From positions 6,051 through 70,050 of the forward strand of contig JAZLMG010000023.1 in the NCBI GenBank assembly GCA_045598585.1: a DNA stretch of 64,000 nucleotides, written 5' to 3'. Below the pieces are notes generated by a model. It saw nothing but the letters and a program-made list of their open reading frames with translations. It did no database searches and was not told where the DNA came from. The position numbers were made by a program, and so were the translations under genes. The DNA comes from Kiritimatiellia bacterium (lineage in GTDB: Bacteria; Verrucomicrobiota; Kiritimatiellia; RFP12; UBA1067). Below are positions 1 through 6,833 of this stretch, piece after piece (the first letter of the stretch is position 1; every line of letters starts with the position of its first letter).

Positions 1-148
1 AGGTCGGAGGGGGAATCCCTTCCGAGTTGTTGAGAACCTTTATCTTGATTTTCTCGCTCTCAATAAGTTCCGCGCTCGGCTTAAGTTGCGGCGCGGCAAA
101 AAGACCGAACGAGAAAGTAAGCGCGGCAAAAAATACGCAAGGTTTCAT
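1..148 (-). CDS. N-terminal part of a secreted protein; the gene runs off the left edge (partial)
   Basis: ATG at 148-146 on the minus strand, 4 nt after the stop of the SIMPL gene. My translation MKPCVFFAALTFSFGLFAAPQLKPSAELIESEKIKIKVLNNSEGIPPPT stays open to position 1 and starts with a signal-peptide-like hydrophobic stretch. Too short for a family call. Confidence 0.35.
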   Translation of the reverse strand, partial: MKPCVFFAALTFSFGLFAAPQLKPSAELIESEKIKIKVLNNSEGIPPPT

Positions 149-152
149 CACT

Positions 153-863
153 TCACTTTTCTTCGTCATCGGAGAAGATGATCGTGACCGACTCGGTAAG
201 AACGATGTCATCGACTTCGCTACTCGCCATGCCCATCCCATCCTCCGGTTCCATGCTGAACGCGGCAGCTTTCGCTAGCACCATATTGTTCTGACGATAG
301 GGAGTGACGGACGGAGCGCCATACGAAATCTCTTCGACTTTCCCGAGCGTAAGTCCGCCCGCTTCCGCCAAAGTCGCGGCAGTTTCCATCGCATCCTTGA
401 CCGCTTTCTTTTTGGCTTCGGTACGATAGGGCTTCTCGTTTTTGATCGAGAAGTTCATCGAGATGTCTTCGCTCGCTTTGGTGCCGACAATCGACTTGAA
501 GATCGTCTGAACTCGATCCATGTCGAGGGGAATCGAGATCACGAACGAGCAAGTTTGCTTGTAGCCCTCGAAGGTGCGACCACGCGCGGAGCCGTAGGTG
601 TGCTCCGGGTTCATGCGGATATTGGAAACTTTGATTTCCGATTCTTTGACGCCGATATTTTTAAGCGCCGCGCTGATCGCTTCGTTCTTCGCCTTGAGCT
701 GAGCGAAGCCCTGATCCATTTCTTTATTGAGGGTCGAGACCTCGAACTGGAGCTGCACCACATCGGGCCGCGCTCTCACGGTTCCTTTCCCGGAAACGGT
801 AATCGTACTCGCGACAGCGCAAAGGCTCATCGCCGAGATCATCATCACAACTAACTTTTTCAT
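153..863 (-). CDS. SIMPL/DUF541-family periplasmic protein
   Basis: 236-aa ORF with signal peptide MKKLVVMMISAMSLCAVAS. The body follows the SIMPL pattern (…RTEAKKKAVKDAMETAATLAEAGGLTLGKVEEISYG…). GGAGG lies 7 nt upstream of the ATG. Confidence 0.85.
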   Translation of the reverse strand: MKKLVVMMISAMSLCAVASTITVSGKGTVRARPDVVQLQFEVSTLNKEMDQGFAQLKAKNEAISAALKNIGVKESEIKVSNIRMNPEHTYGSARGRTFEGYKQTCSFVISIPLDMDRVQTIFKSIVGTKASEDISMNFSIKNEKPYRTEAKKKAVKDAMETAATLAEAGGLTLGKVEEISYGAPSVTPYRQNNMVLAKAAAFSMEPEDGMGMASSEVDDIVLTESVTIIFSDDEEK

Positions 864-900
864 TTCTTTTCCTCCTGATGAATGGCTTCTTACCTTATCT

Positions 901-909
901 ATTATATCA
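901..909 (-). promoter_or_regulatory. extended -10 box TGATATAAT upstream of the SIMPL gene
   Basis: Plus strand ATTATATCA is TGATATAAT on the minus strand, 38 nt upstream of the ATG at 863. The same box recurs upstream of most transcription units in the window. Confidence 0.45.
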
Positions 910-1007
910 AATATCCCGCCCTTTAGTCATCAACATTTTGCCGCGGAAGCGACGGCGCGGCACTTTGTTAGAGTAACTCTTGACTCTAGAAAAACCGCGG
1001 CCTCAAC

Positions 1008-1109
1008 TCTAGTCTAGAGAGCGCAACTTTTCTAGTCTAGAACGACACACCCTTCTAACCTAGAAACGACTCGATTTCTAGTCTAGACTTGCGCGCTCTC
1101 TAGCCTAGA
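1008..1109. repeat. iteron-like direct repeat array: five 11-bp near-palindromic units with a 22-23 bp period
   Basis: TCTAGTCTAGA at 1008-1018, 1031-1041 and 1077-1087. TCTAACCTAGA at 1054-1064. TCTAGCCTAGA at 1099-1109. Half-sites CTCTAGA at 984-990 and TCTAGA at 1223-1228. Spacing is 23,23,23,22 bp, about two helical turns. The array lies 130 bp downstream of the Rep-like gene. Confidence 0.85.
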
Positions 1110-1237
1110 ATTTTCCGCAGCCTACGGGGGATTGGTTCAAGCACAGCGAAGCATTAACCGAAAAGCTTGATTATGTCTTCAATTGCGCATTAACCGTATT
1201 AAATAGCAATGGTACCGGGCTCTCTAGACTGTCAGTA

Positions 1238-1933
1238 TCAGGTAATGTTTTTAGTTTGCCTGATAAGTTCATCCGAGAGAAACTTCGGGTTGTTTCTATC
1301 TTCTTCCGAAAGAGTTTCCATCCATTTAATAAACACGTCGACGAAGTGAAGAGCAGACTTCGGCTCTTGCTCAGCTTTAGGGCCGAGAAGAGCTTGAAAG
1401 GCACATTTAGTGCCTTCAATCTGCTCTTTGCTGAGACGACGTAACGAGAGGCTTGTATAAGCTAGCTCCCAAGCTTCGTTTATCTCCGCTTGTGAGCTTG
1501 TGTTGCTTATATTAGGTTGTTCCCGGGACAACTCATTGTTGTTTCCGAGACAACTCACTTCGGTTTTTGCTTTGGGCTTAACTTCCTCTTTTGGAAAACA
1601 TAAACGATAATTGTTGTGCGCATGCTTTGGAACGATTTCTTTTCCGTTAGCTTTGATCTTGACCGGTGATTTCGTTTTCCAAACTTTTACATATCCTTTT
1701 TTCTTAAGGCGCCCAAGTATCCTACTTACCGTTGGCTCATCAGCAAGATGAGTCATTGAGGCAAGCAACAAACCGGAAGGATAGCATTCGTAGGTTTGAT
1801 CATTACACTTATGCGCCAGCGCAGCCAAAAGGGCTTGCTCGGAAACATCAGTGCCGCCATTATCGGAATCGTCACTTAATTTAACGAACTTAGGTACTTC
1901 GTTATAAACTCTGTCAACTAAATGATAGCCCAT
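1238..1933 (-). CDS. winged-helix (HTH_36-like) protein resembling plasmid/phage replication initiators
   Basis: 231-aa ORF. The segment ALLAALAHKCNDQTYECYPSGLLLASMTHLADEPTVSRILGRLKKKGYVKV fits the HTH_36 pattern (…cfPS…la……s..tv.r.i..L.kkGli…). It is adjacent to the iteron array and is the last gene of a tightly packed three-gene operon. Confidence 0.65.
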   Translation of the reverse strand: MGYHLVDRVYNEVPKFVKLSDDSDNGGTDVSEQALLAALAHKCNDQTYECYPSGLLLASMTHLADEPTVSRILGRLKKKGYVKVWKTKSPVKIKANGKEIVPKHAHNNYRLCFPKEEVKPKAKTEVSCLGNNNELSREQPNISNTSSQAEINEAWELAYTSLSLRRLSKEQIEGTKCAFQALLGPKAEQEPKSALHFVDVFIKWMETLSEEDRNNPKFLSDELIRQTKNIT

Positions 1934-1938
1934 AACGA

Positions 1939-2499
1939 TTAGGCCTTCTTTGTCTTCTTGGTTTTCTTGATGGTCTTCTTAGGTTTAAGGATCTCATCAA
2001 GTGAAGGAAGATGCATATACTCGACTTCAGCCCAAAGTTTATTATAGGCAATATCGATTTGAGCAAGAAACTTTTTCATCTCATCTTCACTCATCTTAAA
2101 CGAATCCGACTTTTTAAGACGCTCAAGATAATGAAGGCAATCGACGAATTCGACTGAGGCGTGCTCAGCGCCGATTTCTTTCGAAAGTGCCGCGGTTAAA
2201 AGAAAGGCACGATACAATTTCGAAAAGAACTGTTGCCAAGACTCGAAATATTCGGATGCTCTTCGATGAGAAATCCCGCTACCCTTTTCACCGGGAATAA
2301 AAACTACCGGAGTAGAAGTGAATGCTCTTTTTATTACACCTAGCAGATATTTAGAGGGCTTTTCACAATCATCCAGATCGAGAGCTTCTAACTTCTCAAG
2401 CCACTTGTCGACTTCTTCCATCGTATATGGAATCTGCCTAAGCGCCATCTCATCATCGAAAGCAAGCTTAGGTGTTTCGGTAATCTCATGCGTGTCCAT
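1939..2499 (-). CDS. hypothetical protein with a lysine-rich C-terminus
   Basis: 186-aa ORF, 5 nt from the downstream gene and 16 nt from the upstream gene. I recognise no family. It ends in KPKKTIKKTKKTKKA. Confidence 0.55.
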   Translation of the reverse strand: MDTHEITETPKLAFDDEMALRQIPYTMEEVDKWLEKLEALDLDDCEKPSKYLLGVIKRAFTSTPVVFIPGEKGSGISHRRASEYFESWQQFFSKLYRAFLLTAALSKEIGAEHASVEFVDCLHYLERLKKSDSFKMSEDEMKKFLAQIDIAYNKLWAEVEYMHLPSLDEILKPKKTIKKTKKTKKA

Positions 2500-2515
2500 A
2501 TTGCACCCTACTTCT

Positions 2516-3637
2516 TTATGCCAACTTCTTCAAGTACTCGGCGAGAAAGAAATCGTAAATCTCGTAACCTTCAGTTCCCGGATAGACGATTTCTTTGTCG
2601 ATCAAAATATCCAAAGCCGATTTGACGCTGCTCGCCGCTCTGAGAGCATATTTATTTATAAAGTCTCCCGCTTGAGGGGCTTTAACTCGCCCTTCTTTAG
2701 CAATGGCCTTTGCCAAACGTTGTGCTCCATCCGGTAAAAGCGAGACAACTTGCTGACGATCATATTCATTCGCCTTTACCCGATCCTCGATTACCGCCTC
2801 GACCTGCTCAAAAGTCGTTACGCCTTCATGTGCGGCATAAAGACTCCAGAGTATCGTCTGCATATACCATGTTATGCCGCGGAATCGTGCGTACAGCCGT
2901 GCAAATACTTCGCGGTCCAACTTCAATGAAGCGGCCTTGAAGAACTTATCGGCAAAATCGAAATACGCCTCTTCCTTGATCACATCGAGGGGCATCATCA
3001 AAGTCGATTGATAGAACGGCTTCTTGGGCGAAATGAAAATATCACGAATGATGTGTTGCTTGGAGTCCGAGAAAATGAACTGCGCCGGACAAAACTGAAT
3101 ATGCGAGCGAAGAATTGCTTCGACATCGTGTTCCGGATATTCCCTAACCTGTTGAAATTCGTCGATTGCGATGACCGTCGGACAATTTCGCTCTTTCAAG
3201 TAATCGAAAATTTGCTCGAGCGTATGAACCGAATCGGTACCTGTCGCTAGACCGAAGGTGATCGTTGGCTGACCTGTTTGCGCGTCATAAGAAATAGATC
3301 CACGAGCCGCTTGCATCAAATGTTTTGCCGCGCCTTGCAACTTCTCGAAAGGAGTATCCAACTTGCCTAGCACCGATCTTGCGAAGAGATCGACAAATTC
3401 CGCAAGATTCTTCGTCCCGAAAATATCAATATAAATCGTTTGATACTCATGTTCTTCCGTCAAACGACTAAAGACATTATGAATCAACCCGGTTTTGCCA
3501 TAGCGACGCGGCGCAAGTAAGGTAACATTTGCGCCATTTCGGATATCTTCACAGAGTTTTCGAGTCTCTTCCACACGATCACAGAAGTACTCAGGACCGC
3601 GATAACCGCTAATAACGAAAGGATTGATCATTTTCAT
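2516..3637 (-). CDS. AAA-type ATPase of the Arch_ATPase/DUF234-like family
   Basis: 373-aa ORF. Walker A is LLAPRRYGKTG and Walker B is VIAIDEFQQV. The C-terminal part is wHTH-like. Overall layout is typical of COG1672-type ATP-binding proteins. Confidence 0.8.
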   Translation of the reverse strand: MKMINPFVISGYRGPEYFCDRVEETRKLCEDIRNGANVTLLAPRRYGKTGLIHNVFSRLTEEHEYQTIYIDIFGTKNLAEFVDLFARSVLGKLDTPFEKLQGAAKHLMQAARGSISYDAQTGQPTITFGLATGTDSVHTLEQIFDYLKERNCPTVIAIDEFQQVREYPEHDVEAILRSHIQFCPAQFIFSDSKQHIIRDIFISPKKPFYQSTLMMPLDVIKEEAYFDFADKFFKAASLKLDREVFARLYARFRGITWYMQTILWSLYAAHEGVTTFEQVEAVIEDRVKANEYDRQQVVSLLPDGAQRLAKAIAKEGRVKAPQAGDFINKYALRAASSVKSALDILIDKEIVYPGTEGYEIYDFFLAEYLKKLA

Positions 3638-3644
3638 GCAAGAT

Positions 3645-3673
3645 ATTATATCACATATTTTTCGTCACGTCAA
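3645..3673 (-). promoter_or_regulatory. sigma70-type promoter TTGACG-17 nt-TGATATAAT, positioned for a leaderless ATPase mRNA
   Basis: On the minus strand: -35 TTGACG at 3673-3668, a 17-nt spacer, and extended -10 TGATATAAT at 3653-3645. The ATG (A at 3637) begins 8 nt after the last T of the -10. There is no Shine-Dalgarno sequence in between. Confidence 0.6.
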
Positions 3674-3770
3674 TCCCGTCACGACTTTTCCGTGATGGCC
3701 ATAACGGGCGATAAGCGAAAGGTGTCTCTTTAGCGCTGCAGGGGAATGATGCTTAAATTCCGGCCCAACC

Positions 3771-3808
3771 GGAAAAACAAACCCCGCCGGAGAACGACTC
3801 AAGCGGGG
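3771..3808 (-). terminator. intrinsic terminator downstream of the lipoprotein gene
   Basis: Minus strand reads CCCCGC…loop…GCGGGG followed by TTTGTTTTTCC. Stems are at 3803-3808 and 3782-3787. It lies 29 nt after the stop at 3837. Confidence 0.6.
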
Positions 3809-3836
3809 CTTTATGATATACCAATGCCTCTATTAT

Positions 3837-4256
3837 TTATTCGAGCGTTATATTCTTTTCTTGCAGGGCAGATTTGCCATATTTATCGTATCGATAATAA
3901 TATAACATCTCTCGTTCGTTAAGCGTAATTGCGTCAACTGCACCTTGAGGCACACCCCATACAATCGAGATAGGCCAAAGGAGGAGATTAGTAAATCCGT
4001 AAACACATTGCACGGTATCATTACCCTGTCCAAAGGCAAGGTAGAAATTTCCAATGCCGGGTAAAATATTCAATCCTCCCGCGACGAGTGAAGAATTAGG
4101 CGCTTCAAAATCACCCGCCGGTCGATCTAGCGTTATCCCGTTTGCCCGTAGCATCGCTAAATTACGCTTTTCTTGATATGTTAATGACACGCAACCAGCG
4201 AATATCGTTCCAATCGTGATGCACATCATAGCAATCATTACTCTTGTTTTATCCAT
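3837..4256 (-). CDS. small lipoprotein, unknown function
   Basis: 139-aa ORF. Signal peptide with lipobox (…TIGTIFAGC|VSL). One further hydrophobic or glycine-rich segment (LVAGGLNILPGIGNFYLAFG). Low GC. Confidence 0.7.
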   Translation of the reverse strand: MDKTRVMIAMMCITIGTIFAGCVSLTYQEKRNLAMLRANGITLDRPAGDFEAPNSSLVAGGLNILPGIGNFYLAFGQGNDTVQCVYGFTNLLLWPISIVWGVPQGAVDAITLNEREMLYYYRYDKYGKSALQEKNITLE

Positions 4257-4292
4257 TTATCTTTCCTTCTTTTGTTTGCGCTGTTTTATTGG

Positions 4293-4328
4293 CAAAAAGA
4301 AAGAGCGCAATCTTTCGATTTGCACTCT
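4293..4328 (-). terminator. terminator-like hairpin plus U-run in the leader of the lipoprotein gene
   Basis: Minus strand: AGAGTGCAAATC-gaaa-GATTGCGCTCT followed by TTCTTTTTGCC. The stem is imperfect, with one mismatch and one bulge. Confidence 0.35.
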
Positions 4329-4360
4329 GCTGAAGGTCTTAGGATACCAAAACTGGAATG

Positions 4361-4387
4361 CAAAGAAAGACGCGCTCAAATGAGCGC
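4361..4387 (-). terminator. terminator-like hairpin plus U-rich tract (possible sRNA end or attenuator)
   Basis: Minus strand: GCGCTC-attt-GAGCGC followed by GTCTTTCTTTG. It lies about 150 nt downstream of the putative -10 at 4525-4533. Confidence 0.35.
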
Positions 4388-4524
4388 ATCCTCGCTTACA
4401 TGCCGTTCCAGTTTGAAAGTTTCCTAAGTTTTCAGCAGAACGTTCTGTAGCGTTGACGCTAAATTGTTTTCCGCGGCACTTTTGCCGCGCATTCAAACGG
4501 ATTTCTCCCCGCTGAACGATTTAT

Positions 4525-4533
4525 AGTATATCA
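4525..4533 (-). promoter_or_regulatory. putative extended -10 box TGATATACT
   Basis: Plus strand AGTATATCA is TGATATACT on the minus strand. It points toward the structured 260-nt region upstream of the lipoprotein gene. Confidence 0.3.
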
Positions 4534-4821
4534 TATTTGCCGCGGTGACTTCAACAACATTCGCACGGCCAGTGATGTCAAAACGGGCAAAAGAATAGAG
4601 TGAAAGTGCAAGGTTTTGCCCGAGATGGAGCGAAAAGTCGGGAGCGAAATGGATATCGCTTGAGACTAGTGATTTCGGGGATGGGAGTGTCTAAACTGAC
4701 TCCGTTGACTTTGGTGGATGAGCGGGAGAGCTTTTCGCGGAAGGGTCGGGCAAAACCTGGAACGGACGACGAAATGCGAGATAACTCAATTCGGTACTAT
4801 ACCAAAAGATCGTTTGGTGCT

Positions 4822-4851
4822 GAACAAAAAACAATTTGGTGCCACACCAAA
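4822..4851 (-). terminator. intrinsic terminator after the coiled-coil gene
   Basis: Minus strand: TTTGGTG-tgg-CACCAAA followed by TTGTTTTTGTTC. It lies 40 nt after the stop at 4892. The stem is AT-rich, so confidence is moderate. Confidence 0.4.
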
Positions 4852-4891
4852 ACTTCTTCCGGTGCAGCACCAAATCTAGCTCGGCCTACGC

Positions 4892-5608
4892 TTAGTAAGT
4901 ACGCGTCAGGATTTCGGAGGGGAGGAGGTAGGTCTCGCCGTTCTTGTGGGAGATGCCCGCTTCCTGAAGCTTCGCGAGAACTTCGCCGTCGATGATGTTC
5001 TGATGATCGGCGAAGAACTTTTCGAGCGCGGCGCGGCGCTTTTCGATTTCGTCCGACGACTCGTTCACGACGAGCACACCTTCGAGAATCTGAGCGCGGC
5101 GAATTCGACCGTTCGCACGAGCTTCTTCGAGCGCGACCTTGATCGCATTAATCACATGCTCACGAGTTTCGCCGAAGAAACGGTCGGGAAGTTCGAGGTT
5201 GCGATCCAGGAGCGCGATTTGGTTGGAAGTCGTCGACTCGGTATTCGCGACGAGCGCATCGGAAAGTTTCGCATTCTCTTCCTTGAGCTTAGCATTTTCC
5301 GCTTCGATCTTGACCGAATTGTTCGCGGCGTTTTTGATGACGAGCTTTTCGTCTTCGAGCTTCTTGTTAGCTTCGATTAGCGCCGCCTTCTCGGCTTCGA
5401 GTTCGACGATCTTTTTATTGAGCTCGTCGAGCTTAAGTTCCATCGCGACTTTTTCCGCGGCAAGTTCTTCGACGACCGCTTTCTGGACATCGAGATTTTC
5501 TTCCGCTACAATCTCTTCGGTCTCGACCGCTTCAGCTTCGGCGGGAGCACTCTCGACTTGAGTCGGCTCGACGCTTTCCGGCTTCTTCAAAAAATCAGTG
5601 TAATCCAT
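4892..5608 (-). CDS. acidic coiled-coil protein, unknown function
   Basis: 238-aa ORF. The N-terminal half is E/A/K-rich heptad-like sequence (…ELAAEKVAMELKLDELNKKIVELEAEKAALIEANKKLEDEKL…). Its start overlaps the upstream methyltransferase gene by 14 nt. Confidence 0.75.
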   Translation of the reverse strand: MDYTDFLKKPESVEPTQVESAPAEAEAVETEEIVAEENLDVQKAVVEELAAEKVAMELKLDELNKKIVELEAEKAALIEANKKLEDEKLVIKNAANNSVKIEAENAKLKEENAKLSDALVANTESTTSNQIALLDRNLELPDRFFGETREHVINAIKVALEEARANGRIRRAQILEGVLVVNESSDEIEKRRAALEKFFADHQNIIDGEVLAKLQEAGISHKNGETYLLPSEILTRTY

Positions 5609-6833
5609 TTTGACCTTTCAACTCGCAGCCACCATAGATGAAGAGGCGGCAATCAATCGGACCGTTGAAGAACGGAATGCGAGTTTGGTAGTAAAGATTT
5701 ACGAGATGCGAAAGCTCGGGGCTACCGGTGATGAGAGCACCCGTCCAACCGAAGCACTTCTCATTAAGGAAGGTTCCGATGCGCTCGTAGAGAGGCGCGA
5801 GCTCCTTCGGGTCGCCAAGACGAATACCGTACTCGGGATTGAAGAAGATATGCCCCTTCTCACCTTCGGGAATGGGAGTCTCGGCAAAGTCGCACGCCTT
5901 GAACTCGATGTAAGGAGCGACGCCTGCGGCAATGGCATTCGTGTGAGCGTTCTCGACCGCTTCGGGAGAGATGTCGGTCGCGATGATGCGCGGCAGATTT
6001 TGAGTCGTCTCTTTGTCTTTCGCTTCAAGGACAATCTCTTTCCAAATTTGTTCAGGCGTCGCTCCCGCCATCTGACGAGGCGCGACTTTAGGCGCACGCT
6101 CTCCGGGGATGATACGCTGATAACCTTTCAAACTCTGGAACGCAAAGTGACCCTTCAAACTTCCGGGCGCGCGATTCATCGCCATCATCGTAGCTTCGAT
6201 AGCCGGAGTTCCAGATCCGCACATCGGCGAGAGGAAGGGAGTATTTTTCTTCCAACCCATCGCCATCAAACACGCGGCAGCGAGAGTTTCCTGCATCGGC
6301 GCGGAGCCGGGAATCTTGCGATACCCGCGCTTCGAAAGAGGTTCGCCCGAAGTATCGAGATAGATGATGACTTCATTGCGTTCCCAATAAACGAAAACCG
6401 CGGCACCGATATTCTGACCACCCGAGTCGGGACGACGCTGGCACTTTTCGCGCATTCTGTCGGCAATGGCGTCCTTAGTGTACAACGAAGGAAGACGCGT
6501 ATCGCGAATCGTGTAGTTGTGAACGATCGAAGAAACCGAGAAGTACCCATCGGCATCGAGGAGGTTTTCCCAGTCGATAGAGTACGCCGATTCGTAGAGG
6601 TCGCGAATGTTGCGGCACTCCGTGCGAAGTAATGGAACGAGTACTCGGTGAGCCGTACGAAGCTGAAGATTCAGCTTCATCATGTCTCTCATATCGCCGC
6701 GCACGACGACCGTGTTTTCGGTAACTTCGATGGGCTCGTATCCGAGCTCACGAACTTCGATCTCGGTCCAACGCGAAAGTTCCTTCGCGCAGGAAATGAT
6801 GATCGGATAATTTTTGTCGGTCCAGATTTTCAC
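5595..6833 (-). CDS. THUMP-domain class I SAM-dependent RNA methyltransferase (RlmL/UPF0020-like)
   Basis: SAM-binding motif LSPMCGSGTPAIEA and catalytic-loop motif FFNPEYGIRLG, preceded by a THUMP-like N-terminal half. I moved the start to GTG 6833-6831, which forms a GTGA start/stop overlap with dnaN. The track ATG at 6878 would overlap dnaN by 49 nt. Confidence 0.8.
   Translation of the reverse strand: MKIWTDKNYPIIISCAKELSRWTEIEVRELGYEPIEVTENTVVVRGDMRDMMKLNLQLRTAHRVLVPLLRTECRNIRDLYESAYSIDWENLLDADGYFSVSSIVHNYTIRDTRLPSLYTKDAIADRMREKCQRRPDSGGQNIGAAVFVYWERNEVIIYLDTSGEPLSKRGYRKIPGSAPMQETLAAACLMAMGWKKNTPFLSPMCGSGTPAIEATMMAMNRAPGSLKGHFAFQSLKGYQRIIPGERAPKVAPRQMAGATPEQIWKEIVLEAKDKETTQNLPRIIATDISPEAVENAHTNAIAAGVAPYIEFKACDFAETPIPEGEKGHIFFNPEYGIRLGDPKELAPLYERIGTFLNEKCFGWTGALITGSPELSHLVNLYYQTRIPFFNGPIDCRLFIYGGCELKGQNGLH

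Larger units (their letters stand above)
937..4545. mobile_element. candidate low-GC islet (iterons, Rep-like gene, ATPase, lipoprotein) bounded by a 10-bp direct repeat
   Basis: TTTGCCGCGG occurs at 937-946 and again at 4536-4545. The enclosed genes look clearly more AT-rich by eye than the flanking SIMPL and coiled-coil genes. No integrase or transposase is present, so mobility is unproven. Confidence 0.3.

Noticed and set aside
27-278. 83-aa plus-strand ORF at the left edge.
   Set aside because: It is antisense to the SIMPL gene 3' end and to the start of the partial minus-strand secreted-protein gene. It has no supporting signals.
984-1109. I considered the regularly spaced TCTAGnCTAGA repeats as a possible CRISPR array.
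   Set aside because: The repeat unit is only 11 bp and the spacers are 11-12 bp (22-23 bp period). That is far below CRISPR repeat and spacer sizes, and no cas genes are present. Iterons or an operator array fit better.
4257-4995. 79-aa minus ORF (4257-4496) and 131-aa plus ORF (4600-4995, GTG start) in the large intergenic gap.
   Set aside because: Both have odd composition (R/K/G/C-rich) and no RBS. The second runs into and overlaps the 3' end of the coiled-coil gene on the opposite strand. The region is better explained by RNA hairpins and terminators.
5610-6632. 340-aa plus-strand ORF.
   Set aside because: It is antisense to the THUMP methyltransferase gene, which carries clear SAM-binding and NPEYG motifs. 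It has no motif of its own.
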